Translations under genes and position numbers: made by a program
From: Macrostomum lignano
Taxonomy: Eukaryota
Reading direction: 5' to 3'
Assembly: GCA_002269645.1 (NCBI GenBank)
Contig: NIVC01002094.1
Coordinates: 124,001 to 188,000 of the forward strand
DNA length: 64,000 nucleotides
Shown here: positions 1 to 12,802 of the stretch, piece by piece
How positions within the stretch are numbered: position 1 is the stretch's first letter
Layout: every line of letters begins with the position of its first letter
Notes under the pieces: generated by a model
The model's input: only the letters and a program-made list of their open reading frames with translations
Databases searched by the model: none
What the model was told of the DNA's origin: nothing

Positions 1-20
1 TTTTCAAAACCCATCAACCA

Positions 21-1521
21 AAGGTCTGGGAGGCTGGTCCAGAAATTGAGGATCTGGGAGGCTGGCTCAGCAACTGAGGATCTGGGAGGCTGGTCCAGAA
101 ACTGGGGATCTGGGAGGCTGGCTCAGCAACTGAGGATCTGGGAGGCTGGCTCAGCAGCTGACACCATGAGAGGATGGCCCAGCAACTGGGGATCTGGGAG
201 GCTGGCCCAGCAACTGGGGATCTGGGAGGCTGGCCCAGCAACTGAGGATCTGGGAGGCTGGCCCAGCAACTGGGGATCTGGGAGGCTGGCCCAGCAACTG
301 AGGATCTGGGAGGCTGGCCCAGCAACTGAGGATCTGGGAGGCTGGCCCAGCAACTGAGGATCTGGGAGGCTGGCCCAGCAACTGAGGATCTGGGAGGCTG
401 GCCCAGCAACTGGGGATCTGGGAGGCTGGCCCAGCAACTGACGATCTGGGAGGCTGGTCCAGCAACTGACGATCTAGGAGGCTGGCCCAGCAACTGAGGA
501 TCTGGGAGGCTGGCCCAGCAACTGAGGATCTGGGAAGCTGTGGCCCAGCAACTGAGGATCTAAGAGGCTGTGGCCCAGCAACTGAGGATCTAAGAGGCTG
601 CCTCAGCAACTGAGGATCTGGGAGGCTGGCTCAGCAGCTGACACCATGAGAGGCTGGCCCAGCAACTGGGGATCTGGGAGGCTGGCCCAGCAACTGAGGA
701 TCTGGGAGGCTGGCCCAGCAACAGGGGATCTGGGAGGCTGGCCCAGCAACTGAGGATCTGGGAGGCTGGCCCAGCAACTGAGGATCTGGGAGGCTGGTGA
801 CCCAGCAACTGAGGATCTGGGAGGCTGGCCCAGCAACTGGGGATCTGGGAGGCTGGCCCAGCAACTGACGATCTGGGAGGCTGGTCCAGCAACTGACGAT
901 CTGGGAGGCTGGCCCAGCAACTGAGGATCTGGGAGGCTGGCCCAGCAACTGAGGATCTGGGAAGCTGTGGCCCAGCAACTGAGGATCTAAGAGGCTGTGG
1001 CCCAGCAACTGAGGATCTAAGAGGCTGCCTCAGCAACTGGGGATCTGGGAGGCTGGCCCAGCAACTGAGGATCTAAGAGGCTGCCTCAGCAACTGAGGAT
1101 CTGGGAGGCTGGCCCAGCAACTGAGGATCTGGGAGGCTGGCCCAGCAACTGAGGATCTGGGAGGCTGGCCCAGCAACTGACACTATGGGAGGCTGTGGCC
1201 CAGCAACTGAGGATCTAAGAGGCTGCGTCAGCAACTGAGGATCTGGGAGGCTGGCCCAGCAACTGAGGATCTGGGAGGCTGGCCCAGCAACTGACACTAT
1301 GGGAGGCTGTGGCCCAGCAACTGAGGATCTAAGAGGCTGCCTCAGCAACTGAGGATCTGGGAGGCTGCCTCAGCAACTGAGGATCTGGGAGGCTGCCTCA
1401 GCAACTGAGGATCTGGGAGGCTGGCCCAGAGACTGAAGATCTGGGAGGCTGGCCCAGAGACTGAAGATCTGGGAGGCTGGCCCAGAGACTGAGGATCTGG
1501 GAGGCTGGCCCAGCAACTGAG
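21..1521. repeat. 28-bp minisatellite (GAGGATCTGGGAGGCTGGCCCAGCAACT)n
   Basis: Tandem units read directly; the 28-aa periodicity of the spurious ORFs (3 x 28 nt) agrees. The same unit recurs at about 37410-38080. Confidence 0.95.
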
Positions 1522-2000
1522 GCGTGCTGTTGGCACAGAAGTCAACGTGAGCTCGTCAGTTATTGAAATTCTTAGTGCAGTTAATTACTACATAAAGTCA
1601 TGGGTGGCCAAAGCCCCCTAAGGCTATCATCCACTTCGCTCAACGCCGCCCCCCGCTGTGAGAAGTGGCCACAGCAAGAAGCCAGTGAATAAGAGTATGT
1701 GAGCTCCGCATTAATAAGCCTTGACAACAAAGCTCATTAGCTCCTTGACTCGAGAAAGTTAGCAGACAAAAAGCATCAGAGAAAACTCGGACAGATGAAA
1801 TCCAGCAGTGCCACTAATGAGACATGCCCGTGACAGGTAAGGACGACGATGCAGCGAGGTTAAGGTCACACAGACGCAGGAAAGGACTGAGGCGTTGTAA
1901 TTGTGTATACGCGAATGTGATTCTGGTAAAGAGTAAAACTAATAAAAAGATGAGAATTTGTAATGCTGTTAATTGAGAGAAGTGCAAAAATTTTTGAAAA

Positions 2001-3330
2001 GACAGTTAGACAGAGAGTGAGAGGGAGACAGAGAGTGAGAGGGGAGACAGTGAGACAGAGGGTGAGAGGGAGACAGTGAGACAGAGAGTGAGAGGGAGAC
2101 AGTGAGACAGAGAGTGAGAGGGAGACAGTGAGACAGAGGGTGAGAGGGAGACAGTGAGACAGAGGGTGAGAGGGAGACAGTGAGACAGAGGGTGAGAGGG
2201 AGACAGTGAGACAGAGAGTGAGAAGGAGACAGAGAGTGAGAGGGGAGACAGTGAGACAGAGGGTGAGAGGGAGACAGCGAGACAGAGAGTGAGAGGGAGA
2301 CAGTGAGACAGAGAGTGAGAGGGAGACAGTGAGACAGAGGGTGAGAGGGAGACAGTGAGACAGAGGGTGAGAGGGAGACAGTGAGACAGAGGGTGAGAGG
2401 GAGACAGTGAGACAGAGAGTGAGAGGGAGACAGTGAGACAGAGAGTGAGAGGGAGACAGTGAGACAGAGGGTGAGAGGGAGACAGTGAGACAGAGGGTGA
2501 GAGGGAGACAGTGAGACAGAGAGTGAGAGGGGAGACAGTGAGACAGAGAGTGAGAGGGAGACAGTGAGACAGAGGGTGAGAGGGAGACAGTGAGACAGAG
2601 AGTGAGAGGGGAGACAGTGAGACAGAGGGTGAGAGGGAGACAGTGAGACAGAGAGTGAGAAGGGAGACAGTGAGACAGAGGGTGAGAGGGAGACAGTGAG
2701 ACAGAGAGTGAGAGGGAGACAGTGAGACAGAGAGTGAGAGGGAGACAGTGAGACAGAGGGTGAGAGGGGAGACAGTGAGACAGAGAGTGAGAAGGAGACA
2801 GAGAGTGAGAGGGGAGACAGTGAGACAGAGGGTGAGAGGGAGACAGTGAGACAGAGAGTGAGAGGGAGACAGTGAGACAGAGGGTGAGAGGGAGACAGTG
2901 AGACAGAGGGTGAGAGGGAGACAGTGAGACAGAGAGTGAGAGGGGAGACAGTGAGACAGAGGGTGAGAGGGAGACAGTGAGACAGAGAGTGAGAGGGGAG
3001 ACAGTGAGACAGAGAGTGAGAGGGGAGACAGTGAGACAGAGAGTGAGAGGGAGACAGTGAGACAGAGGGTGAGAGGGAGACAGTGAGACAGAGGGTGAGA
3101 GGGAGACAGTGAGACAGAGAGTGAGAGGGAGACAGTGAGACAGAGAGTGAGAGGGAGACAGTGAGACAGAGGGTGAGAGGTAGACAGTGAGACAGAGAGT
3201 GAGAGGGAGACAGTGAGACAGAGAGTGAGAGGGAGACAGTGAGACAGAGGGTGAGAGGGAGACAGTGAGACAGAGGGTGAGAGGGAGACAGTGAGACAGA
3301 GGGTGAGAGGGGAGACAGTGAGACAGAGGA
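2001..3330. repeat. GA-rich 26-28 bp minisatellite (GAGACAGTGAGACAGAGGGTGAGAGG)n
   Basis: Tandem units read directly. Confidence 0.95.
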
Positions 3331-3571
3331 CGAGAAAGCCGTTTTAATAATAGTTTTATCAAGAGCGGCAATCTCATATATTCTTTAAATTCAAGGTTCA
3401 AATAAAAAATGCCTTAGAAACACAGTTTTATTCAGTCTGTAAGTCATAGGTTATCAACTAATTAGCAGGTGACCGACAGGTGACCAAATTGCAAAGTGAA
3501 TTATTATATTAGTTCCAATTGAATGGGACAAACAAACAAGCAGTGTTCAGAGCTACAGTTGGACAAACTAA

Positions 3572-4109
3572 TCAAGGATAGTACTTCTGCCGGTAGAGCC
3601 GATAGTCCCATGGTGAATGGCGCCTCACGTGATAGGGCTCGTAAGGATCATCCGGGTACCAACGCGGCCGGCAGATGTCCTTGCTGAGCAGATTCTTAAC
3701 CAAATAATTCTCATTAGTAGAGCAGAACACGTGCTGTTGCAGTCTGTTCACGTAGGCCTCCGGCTTCCTGTGCACTTTGGTGTTCCTGCCAGGCAGGGCG
3801 TGGATCACGGCACCATTGTTCATCACTTTGAACCGTTTCACAGCGGCTGGGACAGCCAGATCGGAGTTGCCCTCCTCGTCAAGGTAGTACTTTCTGTGCT
3901 GACGCGGCCACCTCAGCGGGTTCTCCATGACCGTGTCGGTTTTGAAGATGGGCGGTGAAGGGTGCAGCTTGGTGCGCCAGCGGGTGTGGAAGCGCAGAAG
4001 CTCGTCGGCGCGTCTGATAGCCTGGAGGGGTCGGGGTGGCTTGACTCTTGACTGCTGGACAGCCTCATGATGGCGGCTGCTATTGGATTGAGCTAACTTG
4101 GGGGGGAGC
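3572..4109 (-). CDS. MRPL35: Mitochondrial ribosomal protein L35 (bL35m), last coding exon; 5' exon(s) not resolved
   Basis: Translation AAVKRFKVMNNGAVIHALPGRNTKVHRK..LQQHVFC..WYPDDPYEPYH matches the metazoan mRpL35 pattern (KAVxxRF..HVF.N..DDPY..YH). A pyrimidine-rich acceptor ..CCTGTCTCAG lies at 4110-4111 and the stop at 3572-3574. Confidence 0.8.
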
Positions 4110-4124
4110 CTGAGACAGGTGCAA

Positions 4125-5165
4125 AAGGAGAGTGAGAGACTGAGATGGAGAATGGGGAGGGGAGTTGGAGGGAGAGTGAGAAGAGTGTGAGAGGGAGGAG
4201 GGAGTATGGGAGAGGGAAAGTCGGAGAAGAGTGAGAGGGAGTGTGAGAGAGGGAGAGTCGGAGAGGGTGTGAGAGGGAGACTGGGAGAGGGAGAGTGTGG
4301 GAGAGGGAGTGTGGGAGAGGGAGAGTGTGAGAGGGAGTCGGAGAGGGAGAGTGGGAGGGGGAGAGTGTGGGAGGGAGTCGGAGAGGGAGAGTGGGAGAGG
4401 GAGAGTGGGAGAGGGAGAGTGTGGGAGGGAGTCGGAGAGGGAGAGTGGGAGAGGGAGAGTGGGAGAGGGTGTGAGAGGGAGAGTGGGAGAGGGAGAGTGT
4501 GGGAGGGAGTCGGAGAGGGAGAGTGGGAGAGGGAGAGTGGGAGAGGGTGTGAGAGGGAGAGTGGGGGAGGAGGGAGTGTGAGAGAGGGAGAGTGGGAGAG
4601 GGTAGAGTGTGAGAGGGAGTCGGAGAGGGAGAGTGGGAGAGGGAGAGTGTGGGAGGGAGTCGGAGAGGGAGAGTGGGAGAGGGAGAGTGTGGGAGGGAGT
4701 CGGAGAGGGAGAGTGGGAGAGGGAGAGTGTGGGAGGGAGTCGGAGAGGGAGAGTGTGGGAGGGAGTCGGAGAGGGAGAGTGGGAGTGGGAGAGTGTGGGA
4801 GGGAGTCGGAGAGGGAGAGGGAGAGTGTGGGAGGGAGTCGGAGAGGGAGAGGGAGAGTGTGGGAGGGAGTCGGAGAGGGAGAGGGAGAGTGTGGGAGGGA
4901 GTCGGAGAGGGAGAGTGGGAGAGGGAGAGTGTGGGAGGGAGTCGGAGAGGGAGAGTGGGAGTGGGAGAGTGTGGGAGGGAGTCGGAGAGGGAGAGTGGGA
5001 GAGGGAGAGTGTGGGAGGGAGTCGGAGAGGGAGAGGGAGAGTGTGGGAGGGAGTCGGAGAGGGAGAGTGGGAGAGGGAGAGTGTGGGAGGGAGTCGGAGA
5101 GGGAGAGGGAGAGTGTGGGAGGGAGTCGGAGAGGGAGAGTGGGAGTGGGAGAGTGTGGGAGACAG
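4125..5165. repeat. GA-rich low-complexity tandem repeat (GGGAGAGGGAGAGTGTGGGAGGGAGTCGGAGA-type), probably intronic to MRPL35
   Basis: Read directly; almost purely G/A on the plus strand. Confidence 0.9.
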
Positions 5166-5866
5166 GATGAGGCAGTGGGACAGCGACAGCAGAGCTGACA
5201 GGAAGTGAAGAGGTGCAGCCCAACAAAGCCGCTAGCACAGCAATTCCAAAAAAAAGAATCAAAACAAAGCCTGAATGAAACTGAATTAAAAAAAGCAGAT
5301 TGAAAACCAAATCGAAATTCGCATATTAATATAATCCTCAAGAAGATAAAGAGAATTAAACGGATGCGGTGAAAGCCACATTAATTCAACCAGCAGCACC
5401 CCATGCCCAACAGTTCTCTCCCAACTCTCTCTATCCTCAAATTAGTGCGTCATTCAAGCTGCCTGTCACCCAATCTGAAACCACGCGCCCTCAGACAGGC
5501 AGGCAGGCAGCTCTCTGACGGGATGCAGCCGGGTGGACACTGGGAATAGCTACTGCCAATCTTCCCCACTCCCCTCTCCCGTTCTATAGCATCGGGGCCA
5601 CACACCTTGCTGACACCCCCGCCCCACTCGGCAGCTCTATAAGCCTCTTGATTCCTTCAAACAGGGGCTCTCCGAGGAGTTACAGACAGACAGACAGGTG
5701 TCTGTCACATGGACGGGGGCCTATATAGGAATGAATGAATGAATAAGGGATATGTGAACTGCGGGGTTACTGGGATACAGGTAGAGGGCGACGACACAAA
5801 TTGCGACTTAAACTGCAAGATGGCGGGGGTTGCGCCCAGAGACCTTCTTTAATTGAATAATGCTTT

Positions 5867-6520
5867 AGTCAGTCAGTCAGTCAGTCAGTCAGTCAGTCAG
5901 TCAGTCAGTCAGTCAGTCAGTCAGTCAGTCAGTCAGTCAGTCAGTCAGTCAGTCAGTCAGTCAGTCAGTCAGTCAGTCAGTCAGTCAGTCAGTCAGTCAG
6001 TCAGTCAGTCAGTCAGTCAGTCAGTCAGTCAGTCAGTCAGTCAGTCAGTCAGTCAGTCAGTCAGTCAGTCAGTCAGTCAGTCAGTCAGTCAGTCAGTCAG
6101 TCAGTCAGTCAGTCAGTCAGTCAGTCAGTCAGTCAGTCAGTCAGTCAGTCAGTCAGTCAGTCAGTCAGTCAGTCAGTCAGTCAGTCAGTCAGTCAGTCAG
6201 TCAGTCAGTCAGTCAGTCAGTCAGTCAGTCAGTCAGTCAGTCAGTCAGTCAGTCAGTCAGTCAGTCAGTCAGTCAGTCAGTCAGTCAGTCAGTCAGTCAG
6301 TCAGTCAGTCAGTCAGTCAGTCAGTCAGTCAGTCAGTCAGTCAGTCAGTCAGTCAGTCAGTCAGTCAGTCAGTCAGTCAGTCAGTCAGTCAGTCAGTCAG
6401 TCAGTCAGTCAGTCAGTCAGTCAGTCAGTCAGTCAGTCAGTCAGTCAGTCAGTCAGTCAGTCAGTCAGTCAGTCAGTCAGTCAGTCAGTCAGTCAGTCAG
6501 TCAGTCAGTCAGTCAGTCAG
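5867..6520. repeat. (TCAG)n microsatellite, about 163 units
   Basis: Uninterrupted run of about 654 bp. Confidence 0.98.
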
Positions 6521-6754
6521 AAAAAGCCACCGCCCGTTGAGACTACTTAAAAAACAAAATTAGTAGTAGTTTTTAAAGAAACAGACGACCTTTTTTTGAC
6601 ATTATAAACGGAAACAGCTAAAAGATATAAATAAGAAAACTAAACAAGCGATTATTACTCGTAATTTGCAGATTATTTACAGCAATATATTTCCTAAGAA
6701 TTCACTTTACTGATCTTCTGCAGATTACAGGCAATGATTCTCGGAAAATGGGAA

Positions 6755-8450
6755 TTTGGATTCTAAGAATGGGGATTGTTTTGGGATTCTAAGAATGGGG
6801 ATTGTTTTGGGATTCTAAGAATGGGGATTGTTTTGGGATTCTAAGAATGGGGATTGTTTTGGGATTCTTAGAATGGGGATTGTTTTGGGATTCAAAGAAT
6901 GGGGATTGTTTTGTGATTCTTAGAATGGGGATTGTTTTGGGATTCTTAGAATGGGGATTGTTTTGGGATTCTTAGAACGGGGATTGTTTTGGGATTCTTA
7001 GAATGGGGATTGTTTTGGGATTCTTAGAATGGGGATTGTTTTGGGATTCTTAGAATGGGGATTGTTTTGGGATTCTTAGAATGGGGATTGTTTTGGGATT
7101 CTTAGAACGGGGATTGTTTTGGGATTCTTAGAATGGGGATTGTTTTGGGATTCTTAGAATGGGGATTGTTTTGGGATTCTTAGAATGGGGATTGTTTTGG
7201 GATTCTTAGAATGGGGATTGTTTTGGGATTCTTAGAATGGGGATTGTTTTGGGATTCTTAGAATGGGGATTGTTTTGGGATTCTTAGAATGGGGATTGTT
7301 TTGGGATTCTTAGAATGGGGATTGTTTTGGGATTCTTAGAATGGGGATTGTTTTGGGATTCTTAGAATGGGGATTGTTTTGGGATTCTTAGAATGGGGAT
7401 TGTTTTGGGATTCTTAGAATGGGGATTGTTTTGGGATTCTTAGAATGGGGATTGTTTTGGGATTCTTAGAACGGGGATTGTTTTGGGATTCTTAGAATGG
7501 GGATTGTTTTGGGATTCTTAGAATGGGGATTGTTTTGTGATTCTTAGAATGGGGATTGTTTTGGGATTCTTAGAACGGGGACTGTTTTGGGATTCTTAGA
7601 ATGGGGATTGTTTTGGGATTCTTAGAATGGGGATTGTTTAGGGATTCTTAGAATGGGGATTGTTTTGGGATTCTTAGAACGGGGATTGTTTTGAGATTCT
7701 TAGAATGGGGATTGTTTTGGGATTCTTAGAATGGGGATTGTTTTGGGATTCTTAGAATGGGGATTGTTTTGGGATTCTTAGAATGGGGATTGTTTTGGGA
7801 TTCTTAGAATGGGGATTGTTTTGTGATTCTTAGAATGGGGATTGTTTTGGGATTCTTAGAATGGGGATTGTTTTGGGATTCTTAGAATGGGGATTGCTTT
7901 GGGATTCTTAGAATGGGGATTGTTTTGGGATTCTTAGAATGGGGATTGTTTTGGGATTCTTAGAACGGGGATTGTTTTGGGATTCTTAGAATGGGGATTG
8001 TTTTGGGATTCTTAGAATGGGGATTGTTTTGGGATTCTTAGAATGGGGATTGTTTTGTGATTCTTAGAATGGGGATTGTTTTGGGATTCTTAGAATGGGG
8101 ATTGTTTTGGGATTCTTAGAATGGGGATTGTTTTGGGATTCTTAGAACGGGGATTGTTTTGGGATTCTTAGAATGGGGATTGTTTTGGGATTCTTAGAAT
8201 GGGTATTGTTTTGGGATTCTTAGAATGGGTATTGTTTTGGGATTCTTAGAATGGGGATTGTTTTGGGATTCTTAGAATGGGGATTGTTTTGAGATTCTTA
8301 GAATGGGGATTGTTTTGGGATTCTTAGAATGGGGATTGGGATTCTAAGAATTGCGATTGGGATTCTAAGAATGGGGATTGAGATTTTAAGAATGGGGATT
8401 TTCGGGTTTCTCAGAACGGGGATTGGGATTCTTAGAATGCGGATTGGTAT
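6755..8450. repeat. 26-bp minisatellite (GAATGGGGATTGTTTTGGGATTCTTA)n
   Basis: Tandem units read directly; the right end is degenerate. Confidence 0.95.
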
Positions 8451-8588
8451 TTAAAAACGAAATTGGGGGATGTTAATTGCAGTGAGGAAATGTACTAACA
8501 TGCAAATAGAACAATTTAAAAATGCACAGGAAAGGTCCGCACAGCTACATATACAATTATTGACAGAGCTGTCAGTCATATTTAGATT

Positions 8589-9122
8589 TTAAGGAAACAG
8601 ATGCCGCCTCTTATTGGGCAACAAAGACTGGCCGTCCCGTCGACTCAGCAACCGTTCAGCCTCTCGAATATGCCTCGGCTGCAGCGGGCCCACATCGCCA
8701 AGTCGCTGGCGAACATTCAGAGCCTCTTCAACAATTTCACCAACGTAGACTTTGGCTATGCCGGCCACGGCTATGACGACATTCTGGGACACCTGGCTGA
8801 CACCCGAGGCCTGCGTGATGAGCCGCTTAACCGAGGCCTTCGCGAAGGCTGCCCGCCTGTACTTCTCAAATCGGTTGAGCTGCTCCTCTGAGAAGTGCGA
8901 GATCAGCGCTTGAAGCCGCTTGCGCTCCTCAGCTTTGGCCTCGTCATCTTCGACTCCCAGCGGCTCCGGCAGGTCCGTCTCCGCGTCCGGCTCGACGTCC
9001 GGCTCCGTGTCCGGCTCTGCGTCTGGAGCCAGATCGGCGCCAGAACCGGACGGCTCTTCGTCAATGGCGCCAGCGTCTGCGGAAGCGGCGGCGGCCGCTG
9101 CTGATCCGGCTAAGTCTGACAT
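8589..9122 (-). CDS. TAF11: TFIID subunit 11 (histone-fold TAF11), single coding exon, 177 aa
   Basis: [60 protein letters not shown] matches the conserved TAFII28 histone fold; the N-terminus is acidic. An acceptor-like TTTGCAG lies 4 nt before the ATG. Confidence 0.93.
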   Translation of the reverse strand: MSDLAGSAAAAAASADAGAIDEEPSGSGADLAPDAEPDTEPDVEPDAETDLPEPLGVEDDEAKAEERKRLQALISHFSEEQLNRFEKYRRAAFAKASVKRLITQASGVSQVSQNVVIAVAGIAKVYVGEIVEEALNVRQRLGDVGPLQPRHIREAERLLSRRDGQSLLPNKRRHLFP

Positions 9123-9269
9123 TTTGCTGCAAACTCAGCGATAGTGGGGAGGGGGAGCGTTGACTGTAAAATTGAAAACAGATACATGAATTAAAACTAA
9201 CTTTTTTTTACTTTTATGCTTCAGTTAGAAGATTTTTAAATACTTAATGCAAAGCTAATATTCTAACAA

Positions 9270-10010
9270 AGATTCGGGGATTCAGAATCAGCTTTGGGGA
9301 ATTAATTTGGGATTCTGAGGATGGAGACTGGGATTCTAAAAATAAGTATCGGGATTCTAAGAAAGGGGATTGGGATTCTTAGAAGTGGGATTAAGATCTT
9401 AGAATTGGGATTCGGAATCTAAGAATGGGAATTGGGATTCTTAGAAGTGGGATTAAGATCTTAGAATTGGGATTGGGAATCTAAGAATGGGAATTGGGAT
9501 TCTAAGAATGGGGATTGAGATTTCAAGAATGGGGGGTCAGGATTCTAAGATTATGGATTGTTGGGATTCTAATAACGGGGATTGTTGGCATTCTTAGAAT
9601 GGAGATTTTTGCGATTCTAAGAATGGAGATTGTTGGGATTCTAAGAATGGGGATTGTTGGGATTCTAAGAATGGGGATTGTTGGGATTCTAAGAATGGAG
9701 ATTTTTGCGATTATAAGAATGGGGATTGTTTGGATTCTAAGAATGGGGATTGTTTGGATTTTAAGAATGGGAATTGTTTGGATTCTTAGAATGGGGATTG
9801 TTTGGATTTTAAGAATGGGAATTGTTTGGATTCTAAGAATGGGGATTGTTGGGATTCTAAGAATGGGGATTGAGATTTTGAGAATGGAGATTGGGATTCT
9901 GATAATGGGGATTGGGATTCTGAGAATGGAGATTGGGATTCTGAGAATGGGGATTGGTATTCTAAGAATTGGGATCGGCATTCTAAGAATGGGTATTGAG
10001 ACTCTTACTA
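9270..10010. repeat. Degenerate 19-26 bp GGGATTCTAAGAATGGGGATT-family minisatellite
   Basis: Same core as the 6755-8450 array. Confidence 0.9.
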
Positions 10011-10604
10011 ATGGTAATTGGGGAAGCAAAAGGCAAACATAATGCTTAGTAACTATATGAAAAATAAGATGTACATTTCATGAAAAACACAGAATACGAT
10101 GGCTTTAAGCTGAAAAATAGAAGGCAGCAAGAAGTTGTTGTGTAAGTCAGAATCCAGATATAAAAACATTCAGTCAGAAAAAATACATCTAATTGGCCAA
10201 GTTTGGAAGGCAAATTGTTTGAAAAAGGCATTCCTGATCACATAGCACTGCGCGATAAAAAGCGCGATAAAAATAAAAAAAATCGCCGAAACTTTAATTG
10301 GAAACTACACGAAGGGAATGAGGCTGAGTTTGTGAAGAGTAAAACGGCGCATGCCAAAAATAACTAAAAATAGAGCGTGTACACTGCTGGTACTACTAAC
10401 GAAACTATAATCTATTCATTCATTTAGAGGAAACAAAATTTGGCAAAAATACGAATTGAGAACAGCTGTTGAGCATCAGGGTTGGGAAGAATCGAAATAA
10501 AAAGTCATAATCATAATTTCACTTAAAGCTAGGAATCGCAATTCTTAAACAGCTTAATCCTCATGCTAGGATAAATATAGTTCTTTACGTATGAAACATA
10601 TTTT

Positions 10605-12630
10605 TCATTCTAGGAATTCCCAATCCTCATTCTAGGAATCCACAATGATCCCCACTCTAGGAATTCACAATCTTATTCTAGGAACCACAATCCTGACTCT
10701 AGGAATCATAATCCTCATTCTAGGAATCACAATCCTTATTCTAGGAATCCCAATCCCTCATTCTAGGAATCATAATCCTCATTCTAGGAACCACAATCCT
10801 GATTCTAGGAATCATAATCCTCATTCTAGGAATCACAATCCTTATTCTAGGAATCCCAATCCCTCATTCTAGGAATCATAATCCTCATTCTAGGAATCAC
10901 AATCCTTATTCTAGGAATCCCAATCCCTCATTCTAGGAATCATAATCCTCATTCTAGGAATCACAATCCTTATTCTAGGAATCCCAATCCCTCATTCTAG
11001 GAATCTAAATCCCTCATTCTAGGAATCCCAATCCCTCATTCTAGGAATCTAAATCCCTCATTCTAGGAATCCCAATCCCTCATTCTAGGAATCTAAATCC
11101 CTCATTCTAGGAATCTAAATCCCTCATTCTAGGAATCACAATCCCTCATTCTAGGAATCCCAATCCCTCATTCTAGGAATCCCAATCCCTCATTCTAGGA
11201 ATCTAAATCCCTCATTCTAGGAATCCAAATCCCTCATTCTAGGAATCCAAATCCCTCATTCTAGGAATCCAAATCCCTCATTCTAGGAATCCAAATCCCT
11301 CATTCTAGGAATCTATATCCCTCATTCTAGGAACCCAAATCCCTCGTTCTAGGAATCCAAATCCCTCATTCTAGGAATCCAAATCCCTCATTCTAGGAAT
11401 CCAAATCCCTCATTCTAGGAATCCAAATCCCTCATTCTAGGAACCCAAATCCCTCGTTCTAGGAATCCAAATCCCTCATTCTAGGAATCCCGAATTCTCG
11501 TTCTAGGAATCCCAATCCCTCATTCTAGGAATCCAAATCCCTCATTCTAGGAATCCAAATCCCTCATTCTAGGAATCCAAATCCCTCGTTCTAGGAATCC
11601 CAATCCCGAATTCTAGGAATCCCGAATTCTCGTTCTAGGAATCCAAATCCCTCATTCTAGGAATCCAAATTCCTCGTTCTAGGAATCCAAATCCCTCCTT
11701 CTAGGAATCCAAACTCCTCGTTCTAGGAATCCAAATCCCTCATTCTAGGAATCCCGAATTCTCGTTCTAGGAATCCAAATCCCTCATTCTAGGAACCCCA
11801 ATCCTCAATCTAGGAATCACAATCTTCATTCTAGGAACCCCAAGCCTCATTCTAGAAATCCACAATGATCCTCAATCTAGGAATCCTAATACTGATTCCA
11901 GGAACACCAATCCTCATTCTAGGAATCCACAATGATCCTCAATCTAGGAATCCTAATACTGATTCCAGGAACACCAATCCTCATTCTAGGAACCCCAATC
12001 CTCATTTTAGGAACCCCAATACTGATTCCAGGAACCCCAATCCTCATTCTAGGAATCCCAAGCCTCATTCTAGGAATCCACAATGATCCTCAATCTAGGA
12101 ATCCCAATACTGATTCCAGGAACACCAATCCTCATTCTAGGAACCCCAATCCTCATTTTAGGAACCCCAATACTGATTCCAGGAACCCCAATCCTCATTC
12201 TAGGAACCCCAAGCCTCATTCTAGGAATCCACAATGATCCTCAATCTAGGAATCCCAATACTGATTCCAGGAACACCAATCCTCATTCTAGGAACCCCAA
12301 TCCTCATTTTAGGAACCCCAATACTGATTCCAGGAACCCCAATCCTCATTCTAGGAATCCCAAGCCTCATTCTAGGAATCCACAATGATCCTCAATCTAG
12401 GAACCCCAATCCTCATTCTAGGAATCCCAAGCCTCATTCTAGGAATCCACAATGATCCTCAATCTAGGAATCCCAATCCTCATTCTAGAAATCACAATCT
12501 TCATTCTAGGAATCCACAATGATCCTCATTCTAGGAATCCACAATGATCCTCAATCTAGGAATCCACCATGATCTTCATTTTAGGAATCCCAAGCCTCTT
12601 TTCTAGGAATCCCTAATCTAGGAATTAAAG
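10605..12630. repeat. (TCTAGGAATCCCAATCCCTCAT)-family minisatellite in opposite orientation, with 151-bp higher-order units at about 11.9-12.4 kb
   Basis: The reverse complement (ATGAGGGATTGGGATTCCTAGA) resembles the 6.7-10 kb arrays. ORF-track duplicates at 11932, 12083 and 12234 are 151 bp apart. Confidence 0.9.
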
Positions 12631-12802
12631 GTTTTCAGAGTCAAGAAACAAGTAACAACATAGATTTGTGCACAGCAAAATCTAAATTTAAAGAACAAAT
12701 GTCTAGAAAATAATCTATAAAAATAATTAACTGATGCTCTTGTGAACTTGGCTGAAAAATTAACTAATAAAAAAGATCAGAGGTTCAGACAAGCTGCATC
12801 CA

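Noticed and set aside
14-1545. Multiple 60-160 aa ORFs (LGQPPRSSVAGPASQ..)
   Set aside because: They are translations of a 28-bp repeat that lacks stops in some frames; there is no protein-like content.
1522-1990. Unique sequence between two arrays with a strong minus-strand acceptor (about 1924) and a plus-strand CAG|GTAAG donor (about 1838)
   Set aside because: No frame gives a recognisable or long peptide. It may be a non-coding exon but this cannot be supported.
1866-5341. 511-, 589- and 405-aa Ser/Leu/Pro-rich ORFs
   Set aside because: CT-rich repeat strands cannot form stop codons; only the final MRPL35 portion is real.
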